DNA from: an uncultured delta proteobacterium
GTDB lineage: Bacteria; Myxococcota; Myxococcia; Myxococcales; Myxococcaceae
Reading direction: 5' to 3'
Assembly: GCA_963713045.1 (NCBI GenBank)
Contig: CAVQKE010000004.1
Span: forward strand, 864,001 to 928,000
DNA length: 64,000 nt
Shown piece after piece: positions 62,205 to 64,000 of the stretch. The notes beneath the pieces are model-generated. The model saw only the letters and a program-made list of their open reading frames with translations. It had not been told where the DNA came from and did not search any database. Position 1 is the first letter of the stretch; every line of letters starts with the position of its first letter. Made by a program: the position numbers and the translations under genes.

Positions 62205-62530
62205 ATGCGCGCGCTCGCCCTCCCCCTCCTCTTACTTGGCGCCGCCTGCCAGCAGCGCCCGTCCCCCCGGCGTCACCAACGGCGCCTCCTTCGTCGGGCG
62301 CACCGACACCGTCGAGTCGACCCCAGCCCGGACCAGTCTGGACCGCCGCCCAGGGGGCCTGCGTCGACCGCTGGCTAGCCGAGCGGGGGCTGGACCGCTA
62401 CGGCCTAGCGCAGGGCACCCAATACGCAGGAGGAACGCCCCTCTTCGATGAGAGGACCGGAGCGCAGCTGTCGCGGCAGGAGTACTTGGCCAAACACCAG
62501 CCGGAGGCCCTTCGCAGCTGCGGCCTGTAG
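62205..62530 (+). pseudogene. Small lipoprotein gene interrupted by a 1-nt frameshift (or a sequence error)
   Basis: MRALALPLLLLGAAC lipoprotein signal in one frame. Adding one C to the C6 run at 62263-62268 joins it to ...[16 protein letters not shown]...[13 protein letters not shown]...LRSCGL*. Confidence 0.72.
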
Positions 62531-62638
62531 TCGCCCGGACGCCGCGCACGCCAACCGCCCTGGACTGATGTCTGCGGAGGCGGGAGGCCTGCTGCGGAGG
62601 GCGGCCAAAACGCTCTCCACGCACCGGTGGACCAGAAA

Positions 62639-62678
62639 CGGCAAGGGCCGCTCTCGCGAACGAGAGCTACCCTTGCCG
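62639..62678 (-). terminator. Intrinsic terminator after rpoC
   Basis: Minus strand CGGCAAGGG-ta-GCTCTCG-TTCG-CGAGAGC-gg-CCCTTGCCG followed by TTTCT. Confidence 0.7.
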
Positions 62679-62690
62679 AACGTCGGCTGG

Positions 62691-64000
62691 CTAGGCCGCA
62701 CCCGGAGCGCGTGAAGCCGCCGAGGACGGCACTTCGGGCGGCGGTAGCGCTCCCGCATCCTCGTGGCTCGCCGCCAGGGCCGCCTCGAGGTGCGAAATCT
62801 CGTCGGTCGGGCTCTCCACCTCGAGGTCCAGCTGCTTGTATTGAGCGAGACCGGTCCCGGCGGGGATGAGTCGGCCCATGATGACGTTCTCTTTGAGTCC
62901 GCGCAGGTAGTCCACCTTGCCCTGGATGGCCGCCTCGGTGAGGACCTTGGTGGTTTCCTGGAAGCTCGACGCAGAGATGAACGACTCGGTCGAGAGCGAT
63001 GCCTTGGTGATGCCCAAGAGCAGCGGCTCACCAACCGCCGGACGATGGCCGGCGGTCATCACCTTTTCGTTCTCCTCCTCGAAGACCCACTTCTCCACCT
63101 GCTCGTCGACCAGGAAGGCGGTGTCGCCCACATCCGTCACCCGCACCCGACGAAGCATCTGCCGGACGATGGTCTCAATGTGTTTGTCGTTAATCTTCAC
63201 GCCCTGCAGCCGGTAGACCTCCTGGACCTCGTCCACCAGGTAGCGGGCCAGCTCCTTTTCGCCCAGCACCTTGAGAATGTCGTGCGGGTTCGCCGCACCG
63301 TCCATCATCGGCTCTCCGGCCCGTACCTTGTCTCCGGCGTGCACGCTGATGTGCTTGCCCTTGGAGATGAGGTACTCCTTGGCCAGGTCGGTGCGGAGCT
63401 CGCCGTTCACCTCGGGGGTGATGATGAGCTTGCGCTTGCCTTTGGTGTCCTTGCCGAAGGAGACGACGCCGTCGATTTCCGCAATCACCGCGTGGTCCTT
63501 GGGCTTCCGGGCTTCGAAGAGCTCAGCCACCCGGGGCAAGCCACCGGTGATGTCTTTGGTCTTGGTCGTCTCGCGAGGCGCCTTGGCGATGACTTCGCCG
63601 CCGGTGATGGCGTCGCCATCATTGACGGTGATGATGCTGCCCTGCGGCAAATAGTAGCTCGCCGGCTGCCCGCTCGGCAGGGTCAGCACGTCTCCCGCCT
63701 CGTTGCGCAGTGTAATGCGGGGACGCGCCTCGGGGTCCTTGGACTCGATGATGGTCTTGCGTGAAAGGCCAGTCACCTCGTCCAGCGTCTCGGACATGGT
63801 CACGCCTTCGATGATGTCGTCGAAGCGAACCACGCCAGGCACTTCGGTGAGAAGCGGCGTCGCGAACGGGTCCCACTCGGCGAGCAGGGTCGGTCCGTCG
63901 AGCCGCTGTCCGTCCTTCACCATCAGCTTGGCGCCGTAGATGACCTGGTACCGCTCGCGCTCGCGGCCGGAGTCATCGACGATGAGCACTTCGCCGTTAC
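62691..64000 (-). CDS. rpoC: RNA polymerase beta' subunit, 3' part (start outside the window)
   Basis: [63 protein letters not shown]. Confidence 0.98.
   Translation of the reverse strand, partial: NGEVLIVDDSGRERERYQVIYGAKLMVKDGQRLDGPTLLAEWDPFATPLLTEVPGVVRFDDIIEGVTMSETLDEVTGLSRKTIIESKDPEARPRITLRNEAGDVLTLPSGQPASYYLPQGSIITVNDGDAITGGEVIAKAPRETTKTKDITGGLPRVAELFEARKPKDHAVIAEIDGVVSFGKDTKGKRKLIITPEVNGELRTDLAKEYLISKGKHISVHAGDKVRAGEPMMDGAANPHDILKVLGEKELARYLVDEVQEVYRLQGVKINDKHIETIVRQMLRRVRVTDVGDTAFLVDEQVEKWVFEEENEKVMTAGHRPAVGEPLLLGITKASLSTESFISASSFQETTKVLTEAAIQGKVDYLRGLKENVIMGRLIPAGTGLAQYKQLDLEVESPTDEISHLEAALAASHEDAGALPPPEVPSSAASRAPGAA

Overview
High-GC chromosomal segment whose gene content points to Myxococcota (Myxococcaceae/Cystobacterineae-like). 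Most of it is housekeeping: pcm, recG, greA, carB, an aspC-type aminotransferase, coaD, rsmD, typA, a stand-alone rplC, rluD, selA, cmk, hisC, accA, a PrkA-family ATPase, an Hsp70 paralog, clpX, truA, larE, cysC and the 3' half of rpoC. Embedded modules are: a MoxR/DUF58/transglutaminase triad; a HEAT-repeat protein with a degenerate HD-GYP protein; an HNH/MinD-FlhG/J-HTH operon; a type IVa pilus tip cluster (about 1585-aa PilY1 plus FimU/PilV/PilW/PilX) behind a sigma-54 motif and a palindromic candidate enhancer; and an ECF42 sigma/DGPF module with its promoter. The best candidate for an undescribed system is the moeB-tusA-[ThiF-like/JAB]-cysC-larE cluster. Its two E1-like proteins carry complementary halves of the active site, like the eukaryotic heterodimeric E1s, and the inactive one is fused to an intact JAB peptidase. 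Other oddities: a tandem ArsA/Get3-like ATPase with apparently only one working site, a small RHH gene whose start is bracketed by an inverted repeat, and a lipoprotein gene broken by a frameshift in a C6 run. No tRNA, rRNA, CRISPR array or transposase was recognised. All calls come from reading motifs by eye; no database search was run.
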